Positions 24,013-37,200 of a stretch of 64,000 nucleotides of DNA are shown piece after piece. The notes under the pieces are model-generated. The model was not told where the DNA came from. It did no database searches and worked only from the letters and a program-made list of their open reading frames with translations. This DNA comes from Eledone cirrhosa (taxonomy: Eukaryota). The DNA is taken from positions 30,814,001-30,878,000 of the forward strand of contig OZ024742.1 in assembly GCA_964016885.1 (NCBI GenBank). The letters are read 5' to 3'. Each line of letters starts with the position of its first letter. Position 1 is the stretch's first letter. Made by a program: the position numbers and the translations under genes.

Positions 24013-24741
24013 TAAACGTTCTGAAATACTCTTCTTGTGAAAGAGTGCCACCCGGATTATTCTGATGTCTTCCGCCCCTCCCTACATACCAAATCCTGGC
24101 AACGGGTCTGGCGGGAGGCCCCTGTATGATACAAGACAGTAAATTCCAGATTGATGTGGCTCTACGGAGGGCAGACTAATGGTATTTGATGAGGAAGAGA
24201 GAAACTGAAGGTAATGGAGAGTTAATTGCTAATACCACAAGCGTTTAAAAACCACCTTCGGTTGTTAGTTTGCAGGTCTAGAAAGGTTGCTTTTCAAATG
24301 GATATAACACTGTAGAGCAGGGGTCCCAAACATGCGCCCCACGACCTTTTTTTTCTGGTCCGCGACAGAAAAAGGGATAATTTGAAACAGAAAATGTGTC
24401 CCCTTAAATGTTGTACTAATTCACACATCCCACATAATTATCATGTGTGTATTTATTTTGATGAATATCTATCTATCTATATATCTACCTATAATAAAGA
24501 AATATATCTATATATCTACCTATCTATCTAAGGCGGGTAAAATTCCTAAGATCGATGGACGAGTTCTCTCCAGCGGTCTCTGTCCCTCATTATCGCTGCC
24601 ATATCCTGCATCTCCAACAGACCAGTGTCTGTCGTAAGTGCATCAACATATGTTAACCTTGGTCTTCCTCTTCTAGTGTGTCCATGTAGGGGCTCCCAAA
24701 AGAGCACTGAGTGCAATGTCAACTCTGGCTGTCTATATATA

Positions 24742-24942
24742 TTAATTCAAAATATTAACAAAATAGATATTCTTGTGATCAAGTATATTTTATTATATAT
24801 ATTTCAGTACTTCCTCATCAGATAAAATAAGATGATGCATGACATAGTAGGTGGTTAAGATTCAGTCATTTTGTTGAGTGCTTCCAATCTATTGTAAAAC
24901 TCATTCTTTGATTTATTCATTGAACTTTGTTTAACTTTTAAA
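24742..24942 (-). mobile_element. (TA)n-embedded Penelope-like element 3' end (family C)
   Basis: About 200 bp between TA tracts. The minus strand has a short open frame ending LKVKQSSMNKSKNEFYNRLEALNKMTES*, followed by a minimal hammerhead. Confidence 0.55.
24786..24829 (-). ncRNA. Minimal type I hammerhead ribozyme (family C), AUA cleavage between 24794 and 24793
   Basis: Minus strand: TATTTTAT-CTGATGA-GGAAGTACT-GAAA-TATATA-TA^ATAAAATA. Perfect 8-bp stem I, 2-bp stem II (G-U, G-C), palindromic stem III. Confidence 0.7.
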
Positions 24943-27900
24943 TATATATATATATATAGCAGCCTATCAGCTGTATTGTAGATTAGCATTATAACTGGTG
25001 GTAATCACGGCCCCTACGCCCTCATCCCACTCCCCTCCCCCCGTGCTTCATCCTTGTGACATAATGGCCCTTTTGGAATTCCCGAGTTCGAGGTCTCTGT
25101 TGAGTGTTTCCAAAGATCGAAATATCTCTCTATATATATATGTGTGTGTGAGAGAGAGAGAGAGGGGATAAAACAAATTAACAAGTTTAACGAAGATATC
25201 AAGTTATCAACTAGCCCTGGGGTCACGCAAGTGTCTTGTTTGGTTGAAAGAACTGAAGCTGTTTTCGTCCGTGACGGCTGCGTACGAACAAGATAGATGT
25301 TGGTGAACCATAAAATGTATATTGATAACCGTCATGAGATATGGGTTGGTGTGCAAGGAATTGTATGGTTGGGTGAGTGGTGTCTTTTAGTAGGCTGTTG
25401 TACTTTTAGATGCACTTTAAGAATATTTTCTTTTCTTCCGTTCTGGGATTTAAAGAAAGCAAGAATATATCGACTTTTTGTCACACAAATGTGTTGATGT
25501 GCTGTGAAATGTTGGGGTGCTGTGAGATATTGATGTGCTGCGAAATGATCAATGTCTTTTAAGACGTTGGAGGGTGATATGGAATGTATGTTGGGATGTT
25601 GGTGTAGTGTTTTTTAAGATACGTTGGTGTGTTGTGAAATGTGTTGCTGTGCTGTAAAATATACGTTAGTGTGTTGTGAGATGACGTGTTACGAGATGTA
25701 CGGTGGGGGTGTTGTTGATGTGGTATGATATGTGTTGCTGTGCTGTAAAATAGATGTACGTTAAACAAAGTATATTCGTATTTTCATCGGAGTCTTTTCC
25801 CTTACCAGCCCTACACATTTTCTTTTGTTGACGTTTGATTTCTGTTTAACATCGTTTAACTCCGTCCCAATCCTTCACAGAAACCATCTTCCAGACAAAT
25901 GCTCTCAATGGAACTCTACACTTTATTTCCTGATAAAATCTTCTGTTGAAATGTTCCCCAATACAAGACGTACTACATACAACCTCTTCTTCCTCTTGTG
26001 TTGGTTTCATCTTTATTAACGTAGACTTGAAATTTATGTTGATATCTCGTAATGTCGTGTTTCAGCTGTTTTCTTATTTAGCCCCAGGCCAGTTTTAATC
26101 CTCTTATTGTCAAACATCTTTCACCCATGGCCATCCCGCCTTTTATTCAGACACAATGTAACTTAGATTAAATTTACAATGCACAATTCCATTCCACAAG
26201 AATGGTGCTGGCATTATTTGAGGAAGATTTGACTGTTATTTTTAGTAGATCGAACGACCATTTAGAGGTTCCTTCGTTGTTGGTTTGTTTAGTAGTTTAG
26301 TAAGATAGATGCACGTTACTCTGTTGCGAAAATGTATGTTTACCAATTCTGGCAATTAGTAGTTTGAAATGTTTATAATAATAGTCTTTGTTCGAAAGAT
26401 TCACTTAACACCATTGCATAACTTGTATTAATCAATGAAAAGTGTTAAAGAAAAACAAACCCTCTGCTGGTGCCCCTAATGTTCAAATAATTTCCGATAT
26501 TTATACAAGGTCACAGAGATCTTGATGAAGAGCCTATTGATTGAATCAATTTCGCTATTTAATTTATCAAACTCGAAGGGATGAAACGCCAAGTCGATCT
26601 AGATTTGGAATACGAAACATGAGACCAAACGAAATAAGCGCAAATTATTAGTCCGGCATTCTACTAGTTTTACTATCTACCGCATTTACTTACTTACAAT
26701 CCTAATAATAGAATGTAAAAATCATATAAACAAAACACTGAATCTTTATCTATCGTTTTTTTCTCTCTTACTGTGTGTTAGAGTGCCTGCTTGTGCGTGG
26801 CTAGTATATTTGTGTCAGGGGTGTTTGTATATGGATGTGGGATGTCTGTGTTCGTGTGTGGCATGGCTTCTTTTTCTCCCTGTATCTGTATCTGCCTATA
26901 TCTAAATGTATGTAAGGGGACTGACTTGTCTATCTATTATGTGACATGACGGCTGTCTGGCGTGGAGGTGACTTACGTTTCTCTAATGACCGAGAGTATC
27001 TGCATTTTGCAAAATGGTTTGTGTGCTTGCGTGGGTGTCTGTCTGTGTTTATAAGAATAAGATCAGGGAGGAGGGCGTACTGACATCTGGATGGAAACTT
27101 TCTAAGAGAAAGGCATGGACGCCATGCAATCTAACCATATTCCCGCTTCTTTATAAATCTGGCTCTCTCTCCACACACACACATATTTCTATTTAATTTT
27201 ATGCTTCACCTAATGATTGAAGCCATTTTACCTTCCATTACTTCACACATAAATATACTTCGGGGAAAAGCATCAACATCACAACATTCATCTTCTCCCC
27301 CAAATTATAAGAAATTTCTATCTTAGTTTTAAGAAATAATTGAATATTTAGTAAGCAAAATCTGTAACGTGGTTGAGGTAATTTTGCTTAATTCCGCTAA
27401 AGAAAGCATAAATATCACTACATCTCCTTCACTCTACTCTCGTCTCCCATCACAATACAGAGAACCCTTTGTAGCTAGTCAAAGAAAAAATATTTTATTC
27501 AAGCGCCATAGTAAGATACATCAATCGGAGCCAGATTTGCGTTCCGGTTTCGATTCACGTTTAAGAAGCAATCTGCTATTGCTCCATTAATTCCGAACCT
27601 CGAACCGTGTGTCTATTCTCATCACACACAAATAAAGAAAAAGAATCCATCCACAATCAGTAGACACAGCGAGTAGCTAGAGGTTTTCCTTTTCAGCAGC
27701 TTATAAAGAACCATTTTCGCGCGGTTGTTCGATTCATTCCGCTTCGTTTTATTCGCTACTGCTGCTTTTATTTCCCTTTCGTCTTTAAAATCTCTCAACT
27801 ACTACCATGTGCCTAGTCGGAATAAATCGATATAATTCCATTGCTACTGTTGTTTATATATATATATATATATGTAAATAATATATATATATATATATAT

Positions 27901-28072
27901 ATAGCTATAATGTGTGCGTGTGCGGGGAGGAGGAAAGTGATTGATTAACGTAAAAGAAAGGAAAATACTAATTAGAATAAGTGCCGTCGAGATAGATAGA
28001 GAGAGAAATATAAAGAGAGTGAGTGTAAGAGAGGGAAGGAGAGAAGAGAGTTGCCGGCTCTGCTTGACTCCG

Positions 28073-28096
28073 ATTGGCTAACATGGACCACGTGAC
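28073..28096. promoter_or_regulatory. CCAAT box plus USF/CLEAR-type E-box module; candidate internal promoter
   Basis: ATTGG at 28073-77 and CACGTGAC at 28089-96, 11 bp apart, in CpG-containing unique sequence. Donor-like sites follow at TTG|GTAAGC (28136) and GAG|GTGAGT (28385). Confidence 0.45.
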
Positions 28097-29058
28097 ACTA
28101 TCTTGTCGCTGCTGGTTCCACTACGTTCCTCTTTGGTAAGCTCCAATTTAGCTATCTTTTTATATTTCTATTTTTACGGATAAATTGTTTTACAAATGGT
28201 TATTTATTTACCTAGTACTTATACACACAGACAAATATATATAAAATATTATTTATTTGTGTGTAAAAATCTCTAAATATATTCGAGGTGATCGGTGTTA
28301 GTGGACGTCTTAAGTTGGAGGGGGTGAAGGAGATCGTTTCTATCATTCCTATGGGTTCTCTCTTCTGTCCGATATTATATAGAGGTGAGTGATGTTATCG
28401 TTATCATTGCCTTCTATTTTCCTCTTAAATTAACAATCGATCCACTTTATAATCACCAAACACCCGCTATTTATGATCCGATCCATGATCGATTTAATCA
28501 AGAATTAGTCGTTTTTATTTTACCCCCATTTTAAAAAATATTTTTCCATTATTTTTTATTCATTTTTCTCCGTTTCTGTTCCTTTTTCGCACCATTTCTA
28601 CAATATGTAATACACATTATATCAGTTGAGCTTTTTTCAACTGATCAGTTGATACCTGTGCATATTTGACGATATATATATATAAAAAAACACAGACAAT
28701 CAACTCTCGAATATAAACGAATGTGAGTATATATATATATATATACATACATACGGGTCTTGCCTGTGTGTGGATATATATTGATTTTTAATTGTTTACA
28801 ACGATATTCTCAGATTTCTGCATCTAGATTTAATATAAACACAAAATGATATCAATAGTGATCAATTTAAACAAAGCCTTGCGTGTGTGTATATATATCC
28901 GCCAGTTTAGAAAAAAATATTTATGCACACTTCACCAAACAAACACGTGGATGTATGGTGAAAATATTTCATGTAAGCACATACTATATATGTATACATA
29001 CGTACTATATATATATATATATGCACACACACTCTCTGTATATATATATATATAAAAA

Positions 29059-29123
29059 ATCAAAAGATGGTTAAAAGAGTTCCATGTATTTTATTATGCG
29101 CATTTCAAAAACAAATATCATCA
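29059..29123 (-). mobile_element. Fragment of family A element in (TA)n carrying only the 3' half of the hammerhead
   Basis: CAAAAGATGGTTAAAAGAGTTCCATGTATTTTATTATGCGCATTTCAAAAACAAATATCATCAT matches 7456-7519. It lacks the CTGATGA half. Confidence 0.8.
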
Positions 29124-32100
29124 TATATATACACATGCTATATATAAAATGTACGTTTTACTGAAATATGTTAAATGGAGTTTGCCTCTTCAGCATAATA
29201 AATCTGGGCAAATATTTAAAGAGAGAGAGAGAGAGTGATTGTACGGTGTTGGCGGCAGCATGTTTCTTTCATTCTTGCTACTGTGATCTCTATGTAGGAC
29301 ATAACCTATAATATAGGAGAAACAACACAGTAGTTAATTCTCTTGTCTAATTATAACATGTACAGGTGCGTTGTTTCCAATCGCTTATTCCATTGTAGTG
29401 GTTTTTATACTTGTGAGGAGACTTTCTACCATTATTTTTTGTACATGTATTATATGACATAAAAGCATACGTTACTTTAGACGAGGAAAAAATAGAATTT
29501 AATTATCGAATTTAATCCAAACAGGAGGAGGTTTTTTTTTTGTAATTTATTGGGGAAATGTTCCATTGTCTTTGTTTTTACACCTGTATTTGCTCCGGAG
29601 ATGTACTGAATATTGGAACAGGTGTAATGTTCGTTTGTAATTATTTTATAATTGGAGGAGCTTTTGTTTCGTTAAATAGAATGCCATATATATATTTTTT
29701 AAATTTGTACTTTATACTGTTTTTATATAAATACGTGAATTTTATAATTATACTGTACTGTCTATAAGTAATGTTGACTATACGAAATAGAAATAACCGT
29801 AAAAACATGTCCCGATTATATACTGCACATATGTATGTGCGTATTTATATATACAGATTTTCTTAGATATAGTTTATGAATTGTAAAATAGTATTTTAAA
29901 AAGTCATTTAATCCTGCTAGTTACATTATAATATTAGAGTTTCTAATTTTCATATATATATTTATAATAAAGTTTCTCTTTCGATTGTGTTATATATATA
30001 TATATTAAAATCTAGTCCATCCAGATGGATCGTTCTGGTAACGAAAAGAAGCGCAATTGTTTGAAAAAGAGAATACCCAGTTAAGAAAGGTTGGGCGCCA
30101 AAAACTGACAGCATTCATTTCTTGATATAGATAGTGACTGCCACTGATATAAAGGGAGGGAGAGAGAGAGAGAAGTCAGCATGTGTGATGTTGTTCATGT
30201 CTTTGTCAAAGCCATTGTTATTGTGTTGTTGTAGCTGTGATGGTGGCGTAGTTGTAGTAATGGTGGTGGTGGTGGAGTGGTTGTAGTAATTGTAAACCTG
30301 CCGGTTACAATTACTTGTATTTAGTTTCGTCCTTCCGTGTCGGTTTAATGAAAGTGTAAACCAATCGACTTTACCACTTCCTGACAAAAGTGTGTTTTTC
30401 TAATCATTCCAAAAAATTTTTTATAGGCATTAGTTTTTTTTTTTTTAATTGTGTCTTTGGCAACGTCCATTTTTACCTCAAATCTACATTTCCGAGATTA
30501 AGTTAAGGTAAAATACTTTAATCTCAAGGTCATTGTTGTATGTCTACAACAGCTAAAGATGAAGATGAGGTCACGAATTAGAAATTAGGTCAGTTGTCTT
30601 CAGAAGTAGGCTGATGGTTGAAAACTGTGTCATGGTGTCTGTGATAAGTCACTCTAAGTCCAGAGTCACTATCAACGTATTTCTACTATTTTCTAATAAA
30701 TTTAATCATAAAACTATTGTTACACTTTCTTGATTAAGGAAATGATTTATTTTATATAATTAATTTAATAAAATAATGATTGTACTGCCTCTTCAGCGTG
30801 GACAATAAACGACAAAAGTTTATATAACAGATTCGTGTCTCATTGTTTAAACCAGAAATAGCTTTAACTGCAGATTTAAAGTGAATTGAATGAAAATTAT
30901 TTTTTATAACCAATTAAAATATCTACTTGGTGGAGGGAGGCAAAGTTTGAGGGGTTTACCGCTGTTTTCAGAAAAGGTACACAATATCCCCGAGTGTCGT
31001 CGTAAGAGGCAATTAAAAGGGTTGGTGTCAGTAAGGGCATCTGGTTGTAAAACACCCTGCTCAAACCCATTCCAGTATGGAGAAGTGGACGTTAGAACGA
31101 TAATGATGATGAATATAGAATGTGCCACTTCACTCTCCAGCAATTGTTACATACAGTGTCAACTGAACCAATTTAGGTCAGTAAAAGGTAGACAGAAATA
31201 ATTGGTATTTAGCGAGTTAAGTCAAGATAGTGTTCCGTATAGAATACAGTTGATGTCCCAACAACAGAATGGATCACAACATACATAACTTAGTAGTTTG
31301 AGTGAAATCTGGAGACTAGAAAATGTCAGCTCTAATCCATTGATGTTCCTTTAGAAACAATTTTATTCAACATTAGAATCATCATATCATCCTTATTTAA
31401 CGTGTTTCTTCCTGCTAGTAAGGGTGTGGCAATGCTACATATAACCCAGTAAGTACTCCATCTCCTTAATGACAGTTGTTAATGAACAACACCATTGTAT
31501 ATTAGTTTTTTTTTAATGCCTGTAAATAATCAACAATTTGGTAACATAATTTTCTCATTAATTAAGCTGCTGTTTGAAATGTTAATTAAAAGTTCTTATG
31601 CAAAATAATTATGGTGGAAGGTTTTTAGATAAACAAAGTTTTGTATTTTAGAACCTGGGTCAGTTTAGTTTCAAAGGGGTTATGTATGATAATAGTACTC
31701 ATTTTGCCTCTGGTAGAAAACTGCCAGACACAACACCTGTGTTCAGGTTTGTTTATAGATCAATATTCTATCACTATATATTATACTTATTCTTATATAT
31801 TTATATTTGTCAGGTAGTCTAACAGATTAGTGTTCTTGTCCGTGTTTTATAAAGATATTTATTGCTAACATTGTGATGTGGTTAGACTTGTAACAGGCAT
31901 GTCTGGCTAGTAATGTGACACATGTATGGCTAGTGCTGTAACTTAGATATATATTCCTGTTTAACAAACACATTGATGTGTTTTGTTCCATGAGCTGAGT
32001 TCAAACCCTTGTGTGTGTAGATCACTTAGAGAGAGATAAATAGAGGAATGATGAGATGATGTCTGAGATTCTATGTACAAAGAGTCCGAGCCCTTGGGTG

Positions 32101-32806
32101 TGTAAATGACAGAGATAGTGGTGATGGGTCTCTCAGATTCTGTGTACAAAGAATTCAAGCCCTTCTCTCTGCAGATGACAGATAGGGTGGTGATATCTCA
32201 GAGATTTGTTTAGAGTAACACTGAATTATTGGAGACATGAGGTTTTATCTCAAAACTAAAAATGCCTGTCTGGTTCCTTCCCACTAAGATATCCATCCAT
32301 CCATGATACTTATGGGGATTTTTAAAACTTTCTTACAGTTATGTCATTCTATATATTAATTGTTTCTACTGGTTGGCACAAGGCCAGCAATTATCCCAGT
32401 GTATTACTGGTACTTTATTTTATCGACCCCGTAAGGACGAAAGGCAAAGTTATGCTGCCATTATGCTAGGTTACAAACACGAGGTCTTCATCTTCGAATT
32501 TCCTTTCTTTCCTGGCAGTTGAGAAAGGTTTAATTGCTTCTTTGAGAGAGGAAACCCCAGGCGAATATGTTTAGTCCTTTGTTTACAGTCAGTACTTCAT
32601 TTGACATGACAAAGTACCCAGTTGATTACATACAGTTTGATAGTTTGGATCACTGAAAGGGGAGGCTATTGAGTATATATTGCATAGAATAAGATCTATA
32701 ATCTCCCTTTATCTAATTTGTGTACTACTCTATACACATGGTTCTGATATATGTGTGTGTTTACCATTGTATCGGGGATAAAAAAAAAGCTAGCTTAACC
32801 ATTTGA

Positions 32807-32853
<47 letters not shown>

Positions 32854-33110
32854 CACACACACATACATATGTACATACACCACTGAAATAATTATTGGAA
32901 TCGATATATTAATTAAAACCTTTGTAAGTTGAGCCCCACTATAGGAACAGTATGACAAAAAGTGTACACAAATACCTTGTATCTTGATACAATCACACCA
33001 GCCCAGCCTATTCTTTCGACAATACACACACACACCCATATACATGTCTTCCATTTACGTTGTGTTTATCTAAACCACATGTGTACAGCACATGTTAACT
33101 CTCATTTCTA

Positions 33111-33141
<31 letters not shown>

Positions 33142-34259
33142 ATATATACATATATAGTCACGTGTTTATATCTCAGTCTTGTTTAAAAGTACTCTTATTA
33201 CGTGACCTTGCTTTGTGGCTCTTTGCGTTCTGAGTTCAAACTCCGACGAGGTTAGCTTTGCCTTTCATCCTTAAGGGGTTGATAAAATAAAGTACCAGTA
33301 ATGCACTGGGATCGATATCCCCTTCCCCCAAATTGTTGACCCTTTGCCTAAATCAGAAACCATTATTATGTGACCTCACCTAAATCTTTCTATCTTCTAG
33401 TGTTTCCTTCTATTGTTTATGTTTTTGTTCTACACCATTTTAGCTAGAATATTTAATACACTCACATCTACATATTACATGTACACTTACTGTGTTTGCA
33501 TGTCTACACATACACAACACACAGTTTAGTTATGTTAGGGACATGGCTATATCCCCAGTGCTGGTGCCACAAAAATACACTCCAGAAAGGGAGAGGGAAG
33601 GAATGTATGCTACAAGATGTAGCCCCCAGCCTATCTGAGAGATCAGTAACTCTGATTAAGTACTCATTTGGTCTGTGATAACCTGTCTAACTCCTTGCAA
33701 GTGAGCAGAACTGATAAATGATGATGTTAGAATTTTGACATTGGTATGGTTTGAAAGAATGAGATTTTTTGACAGGCTCTTCCATCACAGGCATCATAAC
33801 CTTTCAATATAATTTATTTACATAAGTATCTAAAAAAAATATAAACAACTAAACAACTAAAGAACTACTTTCTCCTAGGAATTGAAAGTGGATCCCCCCA
33901 AAAATTTAGCTAGATGTACATATATTGATATACCACTGTGTACAATGGTAGTGCTGGTGTCATAAAAAAACTCACCCAATACACACTTGTAAGGTGGTTG
34001 ATGTTAGGAAGAGTAGCCAGCTGTATAAGTCGTGTCAAATGTAACAAACAAGATGAGTTAGAAACCCCTCTGGTTTCAGGCCTTGACAACCTGTCCAACC
34101 CATGCTAGAGTAGAAAGGGAACATGTGGTGGTGATGATGATGATGACGATAGTCTCATGTTTTGCCTGCTGGCAAAGTTTATGACATTATTTGTAGGACC
34201 AACTCATCAATCTTTAAGCCATTGGTTCAAATTCACTGCTACGTACAAATTTTAGCTGT

Positions 34260-37200
34260 CCTCTGTCTAGCTGTGGTGTGGTAATGGCCGCTACATCTCT
34301 ACCTTCCCTGTCTAGTTGTGACCTACCTCTAGCCAAGCACATATATTCTACCATCCCTCTGTCTAGCTGTGGTATAGTAATAGTCACTACCCTTCTAACA
34401 ACCCTGTCTACTGTGGTATGGTAATAGTCACTACCTTTCTAACAACCCTGTCTACTGTGGTATAGTAATAGTCACTACCTTTCTAACAACCCTGTCTACT
34501 GTGGTATAGTAATAGTCACTACCCTTCTAACAACCCTGTCTACTGTGGTATAGTAATAGTCACTACCCTTCTAACAACCCTGTCTAACTGTGGTATAGTA
34601 ATAGTCACTACCCTTCTACCATCCCTCTGTCTAGCTGTGGTATAGTAATAGCCACTACCCTTCTAACAACCCTGTCTAGCTGTGGTATAGTAATAGTCAC
34701 TACCCTTCTAACAACCCTGTCTAGCTGTGGTATAGTAATAGTCACTACCCTTCTAACAACCCTGTCTACTGTGGTATAGTAATAGTCACTACCCTTCTAA
34801 CAACCCTGTCTAGCTGTGGTATAGTAATAGCCACTACCCTTCTAACAACCCTGTCTAGCTGTGGTATAGTAATAGCCACTACCCTTCTAACAACCCTGTC
34901 TAGCTGTGGTATAGTAATAGTCACTACCCTTCTAACAACCCTGTCTACTGTGGTATAGTAATAGTCACTACCCTTCTAACAACCCTGTCTAGCTGTGGTA
35001 TAGTAATAGTCACTACCTTTCTAACAACCCTGTCTAGCTGTGGTATAGTAATAGTCACTACCCTTCTAACAACCCTGTCTACTGTGGTATAGTAATAGTC
35101 ACTACCCTTCTAACAACCCTGTCTACTGTGGTATAGTAATAGTCACTACCTTTCTAACAACCCTGCCTAGCTGTGGTATAGTAATAGTCACTACCCTTCT
35201 AACAACCCTGTCTACTGTGGTATAGTAATAGTCACTACCCTTCTAACAACCCTGTCTACTGTGGTATAGTAATAGTCACTACCCTTCTAACAACCCTGTC
35301 TAGCTGTGGTATAGTAATAGCCACTACCCTTCTAACAACCCTGTCTAGCTGTGGTATAGTAATAGCCACTACCCTTCTAACAACCCTGTCTAGCTGTGGT
35401 ATAGTAATAGCCACTACCCTTCTAACAACCCTGTCTAGCTGTGGTATAGTAATAGTCACTACCCTTCTAACAACCCTATCTAGCTGTGGTATAGTAATAG
35501 TCACTACCTTTCTAACAACCCTGCCTAGCTGTGGTATAGTAATAGTCACTACCCTTCTAACAACCCTGTCTAGCTGTGGTATAGTAATAGTCACTACCCT
35601 TCTAACAACCCTATCTAGCTGTGGTATAGTAATAGTCACTACCTTTCTAACAACCCTGTCTAGCTGTGGTATAGTAATAGTCACTACCCTTCTAACAACC
35701 CTGTCTAGCTGTGGTATAGTAATAGTCACTACCCTTCTAACAACCCTATCTAGCTGTGGTATAGTAATAGTCACTACCCTTCTAACAACCCTGCCTAACT
35801 GTGGTATAGTAATAGCCACTACCCTTCTAACAACCCTGTCTAGCTGTGGTATAGTAATAGCCACTACCCTTCTAACAACCCTGTCTAGCTGTGGTATAGT
35901 AATAGTCACTACCTTTCTAACAACCCTGTCTACTGTGGTATAGTAATAGTCACTACCCTTCTAACAACCCTGTCTACTGTGGTATAGTAATAGTCACTAC
36001 CCTTCTAACAACCCTGTCTACTGTGGTATAGTAATAGTCACTACCTTTCTAACAACCCTGTCTACTGTGGTATAGTAATAGTCACTACCCTTCTAACAAC
36101 CCTATCTAGCTGTGGTATAGTAATAGTCACTACCTTTCTAACAACCCTGTCTACTGTGGTATAGTAATAGTCACTACCCTTCTAACAACCCTGTCTACTG
36201 TGGTATAGTAATAGTCACTACCCTTCTAACAACCCTGTCTACTGTGGTATAGTAATAGTCACTACCCTTCTAACAACCCTGTCTAGCTGTGGTATAGTAA
36301 TAGTCACTACCTTTCTAACAACCCTGTCTACTGTGGTATAGTAATAGTCACTACCCTTCTAACAACCCTGTCTAGCTGTGGTATAGTAATAGTCACTACC
36401 CTTCTAACAACCCTGTCTAGCTGTGGTATAGTAATAGTCACTACCTTTCTAACAACCCTGTCTACTGTGGTATAGTAATAGTCACTACCCTTCTAACAAC
36501 CCTATCTAGCTGTGGTATAGTAATAGTCACTACCTTTCTAACAACCCTGTCTACTGTGGTATAGTAATAGTCACTACCCTTCTAACAACCCTGTCTAGCT
36601 GTGGTATAGTAATAGTCACTACCCTTCTAACAACCCTGTCTACTGTGGTATAGTAATAGTCACTACCCTTCTAACAACCCTGCCTAACTGTGGTATAGTA
36701 ATAGCCACTACCCTTCTAACAACCCTGTCTAGCTGTGGTATAGTAATAGCCACTACCCTTCTAACAACCCTGTCTAGCTGTGGTATAGTAATAGTCACTA
36801 CCTTTCTAACAACCCTGTCTACTGTGGTATAGTAATAGTCACTACCCTTCTAACAACCCTGTCTACTGTGGTATAGTAATAGTCACTACCCTTCTAACAA
36901 CCCTGTCTACTGTGGTATAGTAATAGTCACTACCTTTCTAACAACCCTGTCTACTGTGGTATAGTAATAGTCACTACCCTTCTAACAACCCTATCTAGCT
37001 GTGGTATAGTAATAGTCACTACCTTTCTAACAACCCTGTCTACTGTGGTATAGTAATAGTCACTACCCTTCTAACAACCCTGTCTACTGTGGTATAGTAA
37101 TAGTCACTACCCTTCTAACAACCCTGTCTACTGTGGTATAGTAATAGTCACTACCCTTCTAACAACCCTGTCTAGCTGTGGTATAGTAATAGTCACTACC

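Noticed and set aside
28083-28384. ATG 28083 or ATG 28351 as the coding first exon of the gene
   Set aside because: Their donors fall in phase 2 and phase 1, incompatible with the phase-0 exon at 48111. The exon at 12204-12269 fits.
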